Shown: piece after piece, positions 1-9,879 of the stretch
Numbering within the stretch: position 1 is the stretch's first letter
Layout: each line of letters starts with the position of its first letter
Origin: a bacterium
Lineage (GTDB): Bacteria; JAHJDO01
DNA: 64,000 nucleotides
Direction of reading: 5' to 3'
Assembly: GCA_043824255.1 (NCBI GenBank)
Contig: JBDRTG010000021.1
Span: forward strand, 1,802 to 65,801
Position numbers and translations under genes: made by a program
The notes under the pieces: generated by a model
Databases searched by the model: none
Seen by the model: only the letters and a program-made list of their open reading frames with translations
What the model was told of the DNA's origin: nothing

Positions 1-1
1 C

Positions 2-301
2 AGCAAAAACGCCTTAGCCATCTTTCAAAATCAGGTCAATCCTCCTGAGAACAGTCATTACAAAGACATATACGAAAAAATGGGTAAATACAGACAGACA
101 AAAGAAACAAAAAAGAACATTCCTGGTCCTGATGCTCTTTATAAAAAAGTTAAGCATGCGCTGGAAAGTAAGAGACCCAAAATAAGATATCCTATTACTA
201 TGACCGCTTATCTTGCTTCATATCTCAAACGTGTTTTTCCTGACAGATTCCTGGACATTCTGTTAAAGATTTATCTGAATAGGAAATATGGTAAGTTGTG
301 A
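2..301 (+). CDS. 3' end of a short-chain dehydrogenase/reductase-like gene (5' part outside window)
   Basis: Frame 2 is open from base 2 (SKNALAIFQNQVNPPENSHYKDIYEKMGKY...) to TGA 299-301. The tail ...PDALYKKVKHALESKRPKIRYPIT...FPDRFLD resembles the C-terminal segment of classical SDRs. The M at 80 in the ORF track is probably internal. Confidence 0.45.
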   Translation, partial: SKNALAIFQNQVNPPENSHYKDIYEKMGKYRQTKETKKNIPGPDALYKKVKHALESKRPKIRYPITMTAYLASYLKRVFPDRFLDILLKIYLNRKYGKL

Positions 302-302
302 T

Positions 303-752
303 TTATAAGTCTAATTCTTCATCTTCTGCTTTAAAAGCACGGGATTTTTTCTTTTCCGATTGGATTTTCTTTTCCTTGAGAATTTTTTCTTTTGCTCTCT
401 TTGATCTCTTGCGTTTCTGCCGCTTTATTTTGGCAACGCGCTTCGCTTCTTCGCTTTTCTTGCCCAGCTGAATCTGTTCTATTTTATCAGCGAGTATTCT
501 GCGGGCAAGGAATCTGTTAAGCGCTTGTGAGCGTTCTTTCTGGCATTTAACCTCAATACCTGAAGGGATATGTTTAAGATAAACACAGGTTGATGTTTTA
601 TTTACTTTCTGTCCGCCTGCTCCGCTGGAACGAATAAAGCGTTCGATGATATCTGAGTCCTTGATACCCAGCTGTTGCATTTTTTCATGAAGTCTTTTTT
701 CTTTTACCTGACTTATTCCATACTTAGATAGAGTCATACTATATTCATTCAC
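303..752 (-). CDS. arfB: Alternative ribosome-rescue factor ArfB (peptidyl-tRNA hydrolase, RF-1 GGQ domain)
   Basis: About 149 aa with the GGQ motif in context RSSGAGGQKVNKTSTCV, followed by a long Lys/Arg-rich C-terminal tail (KRQKRKRSKRAKEK...), as in ArfB/YaeJ. Confidence 0.8.
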   Translation of the reverse strand: MNEYSMTLSKYGISQVKEKRLHEKMQQLGIKDSDIIERFIRSSGAGGQKVNKTSTCVYLKHIPSGIEVKCQKERSQALNRFLARRILADKIEQIQLGKKSEEAKRVAKIKRQKRKRSKRAKEKILKEKKIQSEKKKSRAFKAEDEELDL

Positions 753-795
753 TTATTATTGGTCATTTATCATATTTATGATAACATATTGCGAA

Positions 796-1389
796 ATGAA
801 TAAAAAACATAACATTATAGTAATCTTTGTTTGCGCAGCGTTATTTTTAAGCGGATGCGCACTTTTAAAACTTCCGGGACAGATAGTAGTAGTTGCAGGG
901 AAAATAGTTGTAGTAACGTTACAAACAACGGGTAAACTGATTACAACCACCGGAAAGGTTGTTGCAACAGTAGTTAAGATACCCGGAGGCAGGAAGATCG
1001 TAAAACTTACCAAAGTAGGCAATGCCCTATTTGCCAATGCTGTTCTAAACAAGAAAGTAAAAACACAATTGATTATTGACACAGGGTGTACTCATACACA
1101 AATATCCGCAAAAATAGCCAGAAAGTTGAAGATAAAAAACAACAAAGGGGAAAAAGTTCTGTGTGAATTAGCCAATGGACAGAAAGTAGAAGGTAGAGCA
1201 GTTAATATTAAAGAAATCAAAGTCGGCAAAGTAAAAGCTTATAACGTAAGAGTTGTTATTCTTGACAGAGAGATATCGGGTGAATCTGATGGACTGCTAG
1301 GCATGTCTTTTTTGAGTAATTTTATTTTTAAAATAGATACCGAAAAAGGTGAATTAACCCTGGAAAAGAGAAAAAAGCCCAATAGATAA
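796..1389 (+). CDS. Retropepsin-like (clan AA) aspartic protease, predicted lipoprotein
   Basis: Start moved to MNKKHN (ATG 796). Lipobox FLSGC follows a hydrophobic signal. Catalytic-type motif LIIDTGCTHTQIS and the downstream GLLGMSFLSNF match bacterial TIGR02281-type retropepsins. The antisense ORF 756..1082 is judged spurious. Confidence 0.7.
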   Translation: MNKKHNIIVIFVCAALFLSGCALLKLPGQIVVVAGKIVVVTLQTTGKLITTTGKVVATVVKIPGGRKIVKLTKVGNALFANAVLNKKVKTQLIIDTGCTHTQISAKIARKLKIKNNKGEKVLCELANGQKVEGRAVNIKEIKVGKVKAYNVRVVILDREISGESDGLLGMSFLSNFIFKIDTEKGELTLEKRKKPNR

Positions 1390-1468
1390 AAAGCTCTTTG
1401 TAAGATTAGTTATGAAAAGATCAGAAAAATTTCTAGTGTAAACTTTTTCTCTTTTTTTTCGTCTAATA

Positions 1469-1477
1469 TGATAAAAT
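1469..1477 (+). promoter_or_regulatory. Candidate extended -10 promoter (TGaTAAAAT) for the TolC-MacAB operon
   Basis: TG at 1469-1470 and TAAAAT at 1472-1477, about 38 nt upstream of the tolC-like ATG, which has its own SD (AAGGGAAG). No convincing -35 element. Confidence 0.3.
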
Positions 1478-1514
1478 GTATACAGTGAGTTCTATAAGAA
1501 AGGGAAGTAACAAA

Positions 1515-2789
1515 ATGTCCGGATATATAAAGCTGGTTATTATCTTCTTGTTATTTTTTAGTTTTGCATTATTTGAAGCAAGAGCTGAAGAAGCGTTTAC
1601 ATGGGAGGATTGCGTTAAAGAAGCAAAACAAAATCATCCTGATCTTGTCTCAGCATCGGAAAATTTAAAACAATCCAAAGCAGACAAAGCAATTACCATG
1701 AGTACTATTCTGCCGCAGATAAGCGCTGATGCAAGCGACAAAAAACTGGAGACGGATGCTAAAAAAGAATACGAGGCTTCTTCATACAGCTTAACGGGAA
1801 AACAATTATTATTTGACGGCTTTAAAACAGCTAATGATGTAAAGGCTGCTTCGGAAACTATAAATGCTTCTCAATATAACTACGCAGTAACTTCATCTAA
1901 CGTAAGGCTGAATTTACGGACTGCCTTTACTGAACTTCTAAGAACCCAGAAACTTGTTCTTATGACAGAAGAGATAGCTTTGCGCAGAAAACAGAATTCG
2001 GAACTTGTAAAATTGCGTTACGAAGCAGGCAGAGAACACAGAGGTTCATTGTTGACCTCTCAAGCTGATTTAGCTCAGGCTGAATTTGAAGTCGTTCAGG
2101 CGAAAAGAAGTGTTTCTCTGGCTCAAAGGCAATTAACAAAAGAATTAGGGCGAAGAAAAATTATGCCTATTAAGGCAAATGGAGATTTCGAAATTACGGA
2201 TATCAATAGACAAAAACCAAACTTTGAATATTTAGCTGATAACACGATTTTTTTAAAGGAACTTATTGCTAAGAAAGAAGCGGCTCGATTTGGTTTAAAA
2301 TCTGCTAAGGCTGACTTTTTCCCTAAAATCTATGCCAATGCCAGCACCGGAACAACTAACTCGGATTGGCTGCCGGACGAGGACACGTACGCATGGTCGG
2401 TTGGTGTAAGCGTATCTTTGCCAATATTTGAGGGCGGAAGCAGAATAGCTAAAGTTTCTAAAGCCAAAGCAGGACTGAATAAGGCGCAAGCAGATGAACG
2501 AAGCGGACGGGATAGTATCATTTTTACATTAGAAGAAACATGGACAGAGTTTCAGAATGCAACAGACAAGGTCTCTGTGCAACGCAAATATCTTGAAGCC
2601 GCTAAAGAACGGGCAAAGATAGCTAATGCGCAGTATTCAACAGGACTTGTATCTTTTAATGATTGGATAATTATTGAAGATAATATCGTAAGTGCAAAGA
2701 AATCTTTTTTGAATGCTCAAGCAAATGTTCTGACTAATGAAGCTAACTGGATCCAGGCAAAAGGAGGTACATTGGATTATGAGAAATAA
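1515..2789 (+). CDS. TolC-family outer membrane efflux protein
   Basis: Start at MSGYIKLVIIF (signal peptide ending ...EARA/EE). Two repeated halves with typical OEP motifs (LDLVSASENLKQSKA..., LPQISA, SLPIFEGG). The stop overlaps the adaptor start. Confidence 0.8.
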   Translation: MSGYIKLVIIFLLFFSFALFEARAEEAFTWEDCVKEAKQNHPDLVSASENLKQSKADKAITMSTILPQISADASDKKLETDAKKEYEASSYSLTGKQLLFDGFKTANDVKAASETINASQYNYAVTSSNVRLNLRTAFTELLRTQKLVLMTEEIALRRKQNSELVKLRYEAGREHRGSLLTSQADLAQAEFEVVQAKRSVSLAQRQLTKELGRRKIMPIKANGDFEITDINRQKPNFEYLADNTIFLKELIAKKEAARFGLKSAKADFFPKIYANASTGTTNSDWLPDEDTYAWSVGVSVSLPIFEGGSRIAKVSKAKAGLNKAQADERSGRDSIIFTLEETWTEFQNATDKVSVQRKYLEAAKERAKIANAQYSTGLVSFNDWIIIEDNIVSAKKSFLNAQANVLTNEANWIQAKGGTLDYEK

Positions 2790-3756
2790 AAAATGGAAAG
2801 TTTATTCTATTTTATTAATCGTATTATTTACGATCGGCGTAGTGATAATAAGAGCAAATAGAGGTAAGGTTTCTCAAGAAATTGTTAAAGTAATAACGCC
2901 CGCCTATGGCAATATCCAAAATTTTATATCGACAACCGGCACGGTACAACCTCAAAACCGCCTGGAACTAAAGCCGCCGATCAGCGGACGGATTGAAAAG
3001 ATTTTGGTTAAAGAGGGTGAAAAAGTAAAGATTGGTCAAACCCTGGCATGGATGAGCTCAACGGAAAGGGCCGCTCTTTTGGATGCCGCCAGAGCGCAGG
3101 GTGAGGAAAGCTCAAAGTATTGGCAGGATGCGTATAAGCCTACTCCTCTAGTAGCCCCTATTAACGGAGAGGTAATTGTTAGAGCAGTTGAACCGGGTCA
3201 GACTGTTACTTCTTCTGATGCTCTGATTGTATTATCAGATCGACTAATTGTTAAGGCTCAGGTTGATGAGACCGATATCGGGAAGGTAAAGCCTGGTCAA
3301 ACAGCAATTATCAGTTTAGATGCATATCCTGAAGTAAAAGTAGACGCAAAAGTCGATCATATATCCTATGAATCTAAGGTTGTTAATAATGTTACTATTT
3401 ATGAAGTTGAAATTGTTCCCCAGCGAGTACCCGATGTCTTTCGCTCAGGTATGAGCGCAAACGTAAATATAATAGAGACAAACAAAGATAATATCTTGCT
3501 TGTACCTCTTGAAGCTCTCAATCGGGATAAAGAAGGCAGTTTTGTTCTTTTAAGTCAAGGCAAAGATAAAAAAACACTTAAACGCAAGGTCCAACCCGGC
3601 ATTTCTGATGAACAAAACATAGAAATTATCTCAGGGCTGATGCCAGAAGATAAAATAATAATTAAGACCCAGAAGTATATGCCCTCAAAAGACACCGAGG
3701 GTGGTAGTAATCCTTTTATGCCTTTTGGCGGAAGAAAGAAGAGCCAAAAAAAGTGA
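2779..3756 (+). CDS. macA: Efflux periplasmic adaptor (HlyD/MacA family)
   Basis: ATG 2779 is preceded by AAGGAGG (2761-2767). N-terminal TM anchor, then lipoyl/beta-barrel adaptor motifs (ISGRIEKILVKEGEKVKIGQTLA, APINGEV). GTGA overlap with macB. Confidence 0.75.
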   Translation: MRNKKWKVYSILLIVLFTIGVVIIRANRGKVSQEIVKVITPAYGNIQNFISTTGTVQPQNRLELKPPISGRIEKILVKEGEKVKIGQTLAWMSSTERAALLDAARAQGEESSKYWQDAYKPTPLVAPINGEVIVRAVEPGQTVTSSDALIVLSDRLIVKAQVDETDIGKVKPGQTAIISLDAYPEVKVDAKVDHISYESKVVNNVTIYEVEIVPQRVPDVFRSGMSANVNIIETNKDNILLVPLEALNRDKEGSFVLLSQGKDKKTLKRKVQPGISDEQNIEIISGLMPEDKIIIKTQKYMPSKDTEGGSNPFMPFGGRKKSQKK

Positions 3757-5717
3757 TAGAATTAAAGAATATAAACAAGACCTACAAAACTGGCAAAATA
3801 GGAGTGCAAGCGTTACGTAATGTATCTCTAAAAATTACTCCCGGAGAATTTATTGCCATTATGGGACCTTCAGGTTCCGGCAAATCAACCCTTCTTCATC
3901 TATTAGGTTTTCTGGATAAGCCTGATTCAGGCTCTTACTATTTAGGGAAAAAGGAAGTAACGAATCTTACCGATGATGAATCAGCCATTTTAAGAAATCG
4001 TCTAGCCGGTTTTGTCTTTCAGCAATTTCATTTGCTTCCCCGAATGACTGCCTTAGAGAATGCAGAGCTTCCTTTAATCTATGCGGGGAAGCGTCACCTA
4101 AAAGAGAAAGCTCTTCACCAGATCAAGGCAGTTGGTCTCACGCAGAGAGCATCTCATCGACCGAATGAACTTTCTGGCGGAGAACAGCAGAGAACAGCTA
4201 TCGCTCGTTCTTTGGTGAATGAACCATTGATTATTTTTGCCGATGAACCAACAGGCAATCTCGATACGAAGAGCGAAGAAGAAATCATTGCAATCTTAAA
4301 AGAACTAAATGAGCAGGGTAAAACCATTGTAATGGTTACCCATGAGAAAGAGATTGCTCAGCACGCAAAAAGAATCATTCGTATGCGTGACGGTAAAATT
4401 ATTTCTGATGAAAAAATTAAAACTGAAAATGAGAAGATTTCTCCAAACTCTGTAAGCATTCCATTAGAAGATATTCTATCGGAGTCACATTCAACTGTCA
4501 GAGAGGCCGAGTTCTTAGACCATATCCGACAGGCTGTTCAGGCCATAGTTTCACATAAGATGCGTTCAATTCTTTCTATTCTTGGTATTCTTATAGGTGT
4601 TGCAGCAGTAATTGCTATGCTTGCTTTAGGGCAGGGAGCAAAAGAGTCTATTTCGCAAAGATTAGCTTCTTTAGGTTCAAATCTCTTAGTTATAAGCCCC
4701 GGCTCTCGACGAACGCACGGAGTAGCTTTGGAAGCCGGAACAATCACCCGATTTACGCTGAGAGATGCGGAGGCAATCACAAAGCTGCCAATGCTGGAAA
4801 AGGTTTCTCCTACGGTAAGGGGCCGCGCTCAACTCGTTTATGGCAATAAAAACTGGAATACACAGGTTTATGGCACAGGAGTGAATTACGCATCCATGCG
4901 AGCGTCTATTCCTACTGTCGGCAGATTTTTTGCAGAAGAAGAGTTACGGATGCGTCAGAAAGTGGTTTTGCTTGGTACTACTATAGTAAAAGAAGTTTTT
5001 GAAGATATTAATCCGGTTGGCTCAACAGTCAGAATAAACCGCATAAATTTTAAGGTAATCGGTATTCTGCCAGAGAAAGGCGCAACCGGCTGGCATGACC
5101 AGGATGATCTGGTGGTTATTCCTATTACTACTGCTATGTACCGGCTTCTGGGAAAGGATTATGTGGATTCTATTGATGTGCAGGTAAAAGATATTAGTAT
5201 GATGGGGAAAGCACAATCTTCAATACGCCAGCTTATTATCAAACTTCACCGTCTTGACGAAGACGATGAAAGTTCATTTCGAATTCGTAATATGGCTGAA
5301 ATTCAGGAAGTTCTAGAGAGCACAACAAGGACAATGACCTTGCTTTTGGGTTCTATCGCAGCTATAGCTCTTTTAGTCGGTGGCATAGGCATTATGAACA
5401 TTATGCTCGTTTCAGTAACCGAACGTACCAGAGAAATAGGTCTTCGTAAAGCAATAGGAGCACGCAGGAAAGACATACTGTCCCAGTTTCTTATTGAATC
5501 TGTTGTTATGACATTTAGCGGTGGAATAATTGGTATTATATTTGGGATAGGCATAGCTGCCCTTTTATCTTTTTTTGCAGGGTGGTTAACTAAGGTTTCG
5601 ATATCATCGGTAATTTTGGCTACGACGTTTTCTGTTGCCGTTGGAATAGGATTTGGCTTTTGGCCTGCCCGCCAGGCTGCAAAACTCAATCCTATAGAAG
5701 CGTTAAGATACGAATAA
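3753..5717 (+). CDS. macB: MacB-type ABC transporter, fused ATPase plus FtsX permease
   Basis: Walker [10 protein letters not shown], signature LSGGEQQR, Walker B IIFADEPT. Followed by the MacB periplasmic domain and a C-terminal FtsX-like 4-TM region ([25 protein letters not shown]). Confidence 0.9.
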   Translation: MIELKNINKTYKTGKIGVQALRNVSLKITPGEFIAIMGPSGSGKSTLLHLLGFLDKPDSGSYYLGKKEVTNLTDDESAILRNRLAGFVFQQFHLLPRMTALENAELPLIYAGKRHLKEKALHQIKAVGLTQRASHRPNELSGGEQQRTAIARSLVNEPLIIFADEPTGNLDTKSEEEIIAILKELNEQGKTIVMVTHEKEIAQHAKRIIRMRDGKIISDEKIKTENEKISPNSVSIPLEDILSESHSTVREAEFLDHIRQAVQAIVSHKMRSILSILGILIGVAAVIAMLALGQGAKESISQRLASLGSNLLVISPGSRRTHGVALEAGTITRFTLRDAEAITKLPMLEKVSPTVRGRAQLVYGNKNWNTQVYGTGVNYASMRASIPTVGRFFAEEELRMRQKVVLLGTTIVKEVFEDINPVGSTVRINRINFKVIGILPEKGATGWHDQDDLVVIPITTAMYRLLGKDYVDSIDVQVKDISMMGKAQSSIRQLIIKLHRLDEDDESSFRIRNMAEIQEVLESTTRTMTLLLGSIAAIALLVGGIGIMNIMLVSVTERTREIGLRKAIGARRKDILSQFLIESVVMTFSGGIIGIIFGIGIAALLSFFAGWLTKVSISSVILATTFSVAVGIGFGFWPARQAAKLNPIEALRYE

Positions 5718-5763
5718 AAGAGTCCCCCTTTGAAAGGGGGATTCAGGGAGATGTAATTGTAGA

Positions 5764-5792
5764 GGCACAATATTTTGTGCCCTTTTTTCTTT
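5764..5792 (+). terminator. Rho-independent terminator after macB
   Basis: Stem GGCACAA (5764-5770) / TTGTGCC (5775-5781), loop TATT, then CTTTTTTCTTT. A second GC hairpin, TCCCCCT..AGGGGGA, lies at 5723-5741 directly after the stop codon. Confidence 0.6.
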
Positions 5793-5896
5793 ATGATTTT
5801 GGGATGATGGAGTATAATTGAAGAAATTTTAAAAAAGAGGAAAAAGTAAATTTTGCGCATACAACATATCGAATTATTAAGTAGTATGGTTGTAGT

Positions 5897-7388
5897 ATGA
5901 GATTTGCAGTCAAAGATACCCTAACCGAAGAAGAAGTCCGGTCCGGGCTTAGAACAGTTATAAAGGATGGGCTGACCTCTCAAACTATGGTCACACTCAC
6001 CGGCGGCATATTTTTAGTCGCTTTTGCCTTGAAACTAGGCGCTTCCAACATGACTATTGGACTGCTGGCTGCTATACCTCCTCTAACCCAGTTGCTTCAG
6101 ATTCCTTCAATTTATCTGGTGGAGAAGGTACGTAATAGACGGGCAATCACTACCTATGCCGCCGGTATAAGCAGAATATTTTGGTTATTAATTGTTTTAA
6201 TCCCTTTCCTTTTCTCAATTCAAGCAGGATTGACCTTTCTCATTGCAGCCATATTACTGCATACAGCCTTTGCTTCTGTAGCGGGTTGCAGCTGGAATTC
6301 ATGGATGCGTGACCTCTTGCCTCATGACCGATTGGGTGCCTTTTTCTCGAAACGAATGGGTCTTGCCACAGGGTTGGGTATTGTCCTCAGCTTAGCTGCA
6401 GGAATCTATATTGACTACTGGAAAAGATTATTTCCTGATTATGAGCTGCATGGCTATTCCATTCTTTTCTTTCTGGGATTCCTTGCCGGAATGCTTGGTG
6501 TTTACTTCATATCAACCATACCTGAACCGCGTATGGCACCGGCAGATAAAAAATTAAAATTTTTCAAATTACTCTTGCAGCCGTTTAAAGATGGTAATTT
6601 TAAAAATCTCATTATGTTTTTGGGCCCCCTGGAGTTTTGCTATTAATCTGGCGGCTCCTTTTTTCACCGTTTATATGCTTAAAAGGTTACAACTGGGCAT
6701 GTCGTTTATTATCGCCCTGTCTATATTGAGTCAGATAATGTATCTGACCTTTATACGAATCTGGGGCACTTTTTCCGACCGTTTCAGCAACAAATCGGTT
6801 CTTTTGGTCAGTGGCCCTTTGTTCATGTTGTGTATTCTTGCCTGGACTTTTACCACCTTGCCCGAGAAGTATGTGTTAACGATACCGTTGTTAGTAACCA
6901 TACACATTTTTACGGGTATTTCCACGGCAGGGGTGAACTTGGCTGTGGGAAACATTGGACTTAAACTGGCGCCTAAGGGACAGGCGACGGCATATTTAGC
7001 TGCCAATAGTTTTGTTAATTCACTGGCAGCCGGCACGGCTCCCATTCTTGGCGGCAAGTTTGCCGACTTTTTTGCAGGATGCGAACTTTCATGGACTCTA
7101 AAGTGGACAAGCACTGGAAGAGAGCTGGTCATTCCTACACTGAGTTTACAGCAATGGGATTTCTTCTTTTTCCTGGCATTTTTAGTGGGTTTATATTCCA
7201 TCCACCGGCTGGCTATGGTAAAGGAGATAGGAGAGGTTAAAGAAGATATTGTCGTCCATGAGCTTGTTGCAGAGGTAAAAAGAGGGATGCGGAATCTATC
7301 CACGGTTGGGGGGTTACGCTACATGACCCAGTTTCCATTTTTAGTTGTTAAAACCGTCTTCAAAGGGCGAAGTAAGCCGCATATATAA
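5897..7388 (+). pseudogene. MFS transporter interrupted by a 1-nt frameshift in a C5 run
   Basis: ORFs 5897..6646 and 6591..7388 are the two halves of one 12-TM MFS protein. Frame A reads ...NLIMFLGPLEFCY*. Frame B reads ...FWAPWSFAINLAAPFFTVYML. Removing one C from CCCCC (6625-6629) gives a continuous ...FLGPWSFAINLAAPFF.... Confidence 0.75.
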
Positions 7389-7477
7389 TAAAAAAATTAT
7401 GAATTAGGATTCTATTGTGGATTTTTTATCATCCCTCTCAAGTTCATACTTTTTAATCTAAAGGGTACCCCTACAAT

Positions 7478-8422
7478 CTACTGAACACTCTCTATCAGAT
7501 TAATCAGTTCTTGATATGATGTTGCTTTGCTTATGCGGCTGCGAATTTCTTTGCTGTTATAATGGCCTTTAAAGTACCACATCGCTACCTTGCCCATGAG
7601 ACCTATCTTATTAGCGGGGCCTATATCCTTATATTTTTCTATGTAAGCAAGGTGGGCTTTGAGAACCTTTTTCTTTGCAGGCAAACTTGGATTTTTAGGA
7701 GTCTCACCGTTTTTTAAATAGTTCTCAATATTTTTGAATATCCATGGATTGCCGAGCGCACCACGCGCAACCATGATTCCGTCGCATCCTGTTTCGTCAA
7801 GCATCTTTTTAGCCATGAATGGATTAAATATATTTCCGCTTCCGAATACAGGTATCTTTAAAGATTCTTTAACAGCCTTTATTGATTCATAGTCAATATC
7901 ACCTGAGTATCTCTGCGACACCGTCCTGCCGTGTATAAAGACTATAGAGGCGCCGTTTGCCTCGCATTCTTCAGCAGTTCTAACACATTCCCCGATATCC
8001 CTTTTATCAAAACCGGTTCTTAACTTAACTGTGACGGGAATTCGCAGCTTGGAAACTAATTTTTTAATAATTTTGCCAAGTAACTCTCTATTTTTTAACA
8101 AGGCTGCGCCAGCACCCTTTTTTGTTACTTTTTTTACGGGACAGGCGCTGTTTATATCCAAGAAAGATATATCAACAAGCTCTATAAGCTTTTCAGCAGC
8201 ATCAAGCATTGCAAAAGGGTCTGCACCCAGCAGTTGAGCGGAAATTGGGGAATCTTTCTTAAGGGTTTTTATGAGGTGCCTGTTTTTCAGACGGTCATAA
8301 ACTATAGCTTTTGAATCAAGCATTTCAAAGAAGCAGTGTTCTGCGCCTAATTCGCGGCTTATAAGCCGAAAAGCGAGGTCTGTTACTCCGGACATAGGAG
8401 CCAGATATATTTTGGGATTCAT
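7478..8422 (-). CDS. dus: tRNA-dihydrouridine synthase
   Basis: Start trimmed to MNPKIYLAPMSGVTDLAFR (ATG 8422). Dus family motifs are present: LDINSACPVKKVTKKGAGAALL and FIHGRT. Confidence 0.88.
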   Translation of the reverse strand: MNPKIYLAPMSGVTDLAFRLISRELGAEHCFFEMLDSKAIVYDRLKNRHLIKTLKKDSPISAQLLGADPFAMLDAAEKLIELVDISFLDINSACPVKKVTKKGAGAALLKNRELLGKIIKKLVSKLRIPVTVKLRTGFDKRDIGECVRTAEECEANGASIVFIHGRTVSQRYSGDIDYESIKAVKESLKIPVFGSGNIFNPFMAKKMLDETGCDGIMVARGALGNPWIFKNIENYLKNGETPKNPSLPAKKKVLKAHLAYIEKYKDIGPANKIGLMGKVAMWYFKGHYNSKEIRSRISKATSYQELINLIESVQ

Positions 8423-8429
8423 AGCAATT

Positions 8430-8462
8430 ATTATACCATAAGCCCCAATCCTTTGATATAAT
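8430..8462. promoter_or_regulatory. Compact divergent promoter pair for dus (-) and maf (+)
   Basis: Minus-strand TATAAT (plus ATTATA 8430-8435) lies 7 nt from the dus ATG. Plus-strand TGaTATAAT (8454-8462) lies 6 nt from the maf ATG. Neither start has an SD. Confidence 0.4.
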
Positions 8463-8468
8463 AAACAA

Positions 8469-9071
8469 ATGCTGAAATACAACATAATATTAGCGTCGGA
8501 GTCAAAGAGACGTTCAAAGATACTTAAAGAATGCGGGATACCTCACGAAGTTATTGTAAGCAACGTTCATGAGAAGATGGACCATAAAAAGGGTGCGAAG
8601 TTTAACGTCCTGCATAATGCCAGGGTCAAGGCCGAAAAAATAGCGGTCGGATACAAGGAAGGTTATATTATCGGAGCTGATACTCTTGTTTTGTTAAAAA
8701 AGCGTCTCGTCGGAAAACCAAACACAAGAAAAGAGGCAATATCTCTTCTCAAGGCATTCTCAGGAAAAACAATCTTTGTCTATACAGGTCTTTGCGTAAT
8801 AGACGCTAAAAGAGGTAGATCAGAAAGCTCTGTCGATGTATCAAAGGTCCGCGTCAAAAAGCTCTCGCTCAAAAAAATAGATGAATTTGTGGCTGTAGCC
8901 GGGCCCAACGACAAGGCGGGTGGTTTTTCAATAGAAGGCCCCGGGGCATTTATATTTGATAATATAGAAGGCTCGTTTTATAATGTACTGGGTCTGTCCA
9001 TGATGAAGCTTGATGAACTTTTTGAAAAATTAGGTGTAGATCTTTTAGGAGAAGTCATTGGCAAAAAGTAA
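8469..9071 (+). CDS. maf: Maf-like nucleoside triphosphate pyrophosphatase
   Basis: N-terminus ILASESKRRSKILKECGIPHEV, central GADTLV, and C-terminal KAGGFSIEG...GSFYNVLGL are typical Maf motifs. Confidence 0.85.
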   Translation: MLKYNIILASESKRRSKILKECGIPHEVIVSNVHEKMDHKKGAKFNVLHNARVKAEKIAVGYKEGYIIGADTLVLLKKRLVGKPNTRKEAISLLKAFSGKTIFVYTGLCVIDAKRGRSESSVDVSKVRVKKLSLKKIDEFVAVAGPNDKAGGFSIEGPGAFIFDNIEGSFYNVLGLSMMKLDELFEKLGVDLLGEVIGKK

Positions 9072-9081
9072 AAATTCCACA

Positions 9082-9807
9082 ATGTTATACGGAAGAAACT
9101 CAGTTTTTGAGCGATTAAAGACAAATCCTCAAACCATAAAAAAGATCTTTCTGCAGGATAATTTCAATGTGCCTCATATAGAAAAATTAATAGGAGAAAA
9201 TTCTATTCCCTCTGAACGCCTGTCTCATCAGGGACTGGAGAGAATTAAACATGCTAAAGATCTTCAGGGCATAGTTGCCAGTGTAGATGAATTCAAATAT
9301 GTACCTTTTGATGATTTGGTGAATTCCTCTAAAAGCAAGCAGTTAACATTTATATTTCTCGATAGGATAAACGATCCTCACAACTTAGGAGTCATTATTC
9401 GCACCGCCGCCTGTTTTGGCAGACTTGCTGTTATTATTCCGAAATTTGAGGCTTGCGAAGTGAATGAAACAGTTCAGCATGTGGCTTCAGGAGGAGAGAA
9501 TTATGTGCCAATATCAATGGTAACGAACCTTTGCGATGCCATAATTGATGCAAAGGCTCGCGGATATTGGATACTGGGGACGGTTATGGCTGATGATTCT
9601 AAGGATATAAATAAAGTTGACTTCCCTTTTCCTCTGGGCATTGTGTTAGGATCTGAAGGAAAAGGTATTCGCCATGGAGTACAAAAATATCTTGATATAA
9701 AGGTTCGGATTCCTATGAACGGCGCCAAACTTTCATTCAATGTCAATATAGCCTGCGCTATTCTTTGCCATGAGATATCAAAGCAAAGCGGCAGGGTGAT
9801 GCATTAA
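9082..9807 (+). CDS. rlmB: SpoU/TrmH-family rRNA 2'-O-methyltransferase (RlmB-like)
   Basis: The track start at 9058 is TTG and overlaps the maf stop, so ATG 9082 (MLYGRNSVFERL) is preferred. SpoU motifs are present: DRINDPHNLGVIIRTA, LGSEGKGIR, and LSFNVNIACAI. Confidence 0.8.
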   Translation: MLYGRNSVFERLKTNPQTIKKIFLQDNFNVPHIEKLIGENSIPSERLSHQGLERIKHAKDLQGIVASVDEFKYVPFDDLVNSSKSKQLTFIFLDRINDPHNLGVIIRTAACFGRLAVIIPKFEACEVNETVQHVASGGENYVPISMVTNLCDAIIDAKARGYWILGTVMADDSKDINKVDFPFPLGIVLGSEGKGIRHGVQKYLDIKVRIPMNGAKLSFNVNIACAILCHEISKQSGRVMH

Positions 9808-9818
9808 CTATTATAATT

Positions 9819-9860
9819 TGATATAATATGAACTGAAATTAGAGACAGATATATTCAGTT
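9819..9860 (+). promoter_or_regulatory. Candidate extended -10 promoter plus 5' hairpin upstream of corA
   Basis: TGaTATAAT at 9819-9827. Immediately downstream, AACTGAA (9831-9837) pairs with TTCAGTT (9854-9860) across a 16-nt loop. SD TAGGAGG precedes ATG 9880. Confidence 0.3.
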
Positions 9861-9879
9861 GTTGATGTAGGAGGTAAAA

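Noticed and set aside
5303-5860. 185-aa minus-strand ORF overlapping the 3' end of macB and the terminator region
   Set aside because: It is antisense to a well-supported FtsX permease domain. Its composition is low-complexity and hydrophobic, mirroring the TM helices on the other strand, and it has no SD or recognisable motif.
7455-7470. GGGTACCC palindrome in the convergent MFS/dus spacer as a possible terminator or binding site
   Set aside because: It is an 8-bp self-complementary site with no loop and no flanking T run. It is too short to support a functional claim.
9808-9879. Possible M-box (Mg riboswitch) in front of corA
   Set aside because: The leader is at most about 50 nt with a single 7-bp hairpin. 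An M-box aptamer needs about 160 nt with multiple helices.
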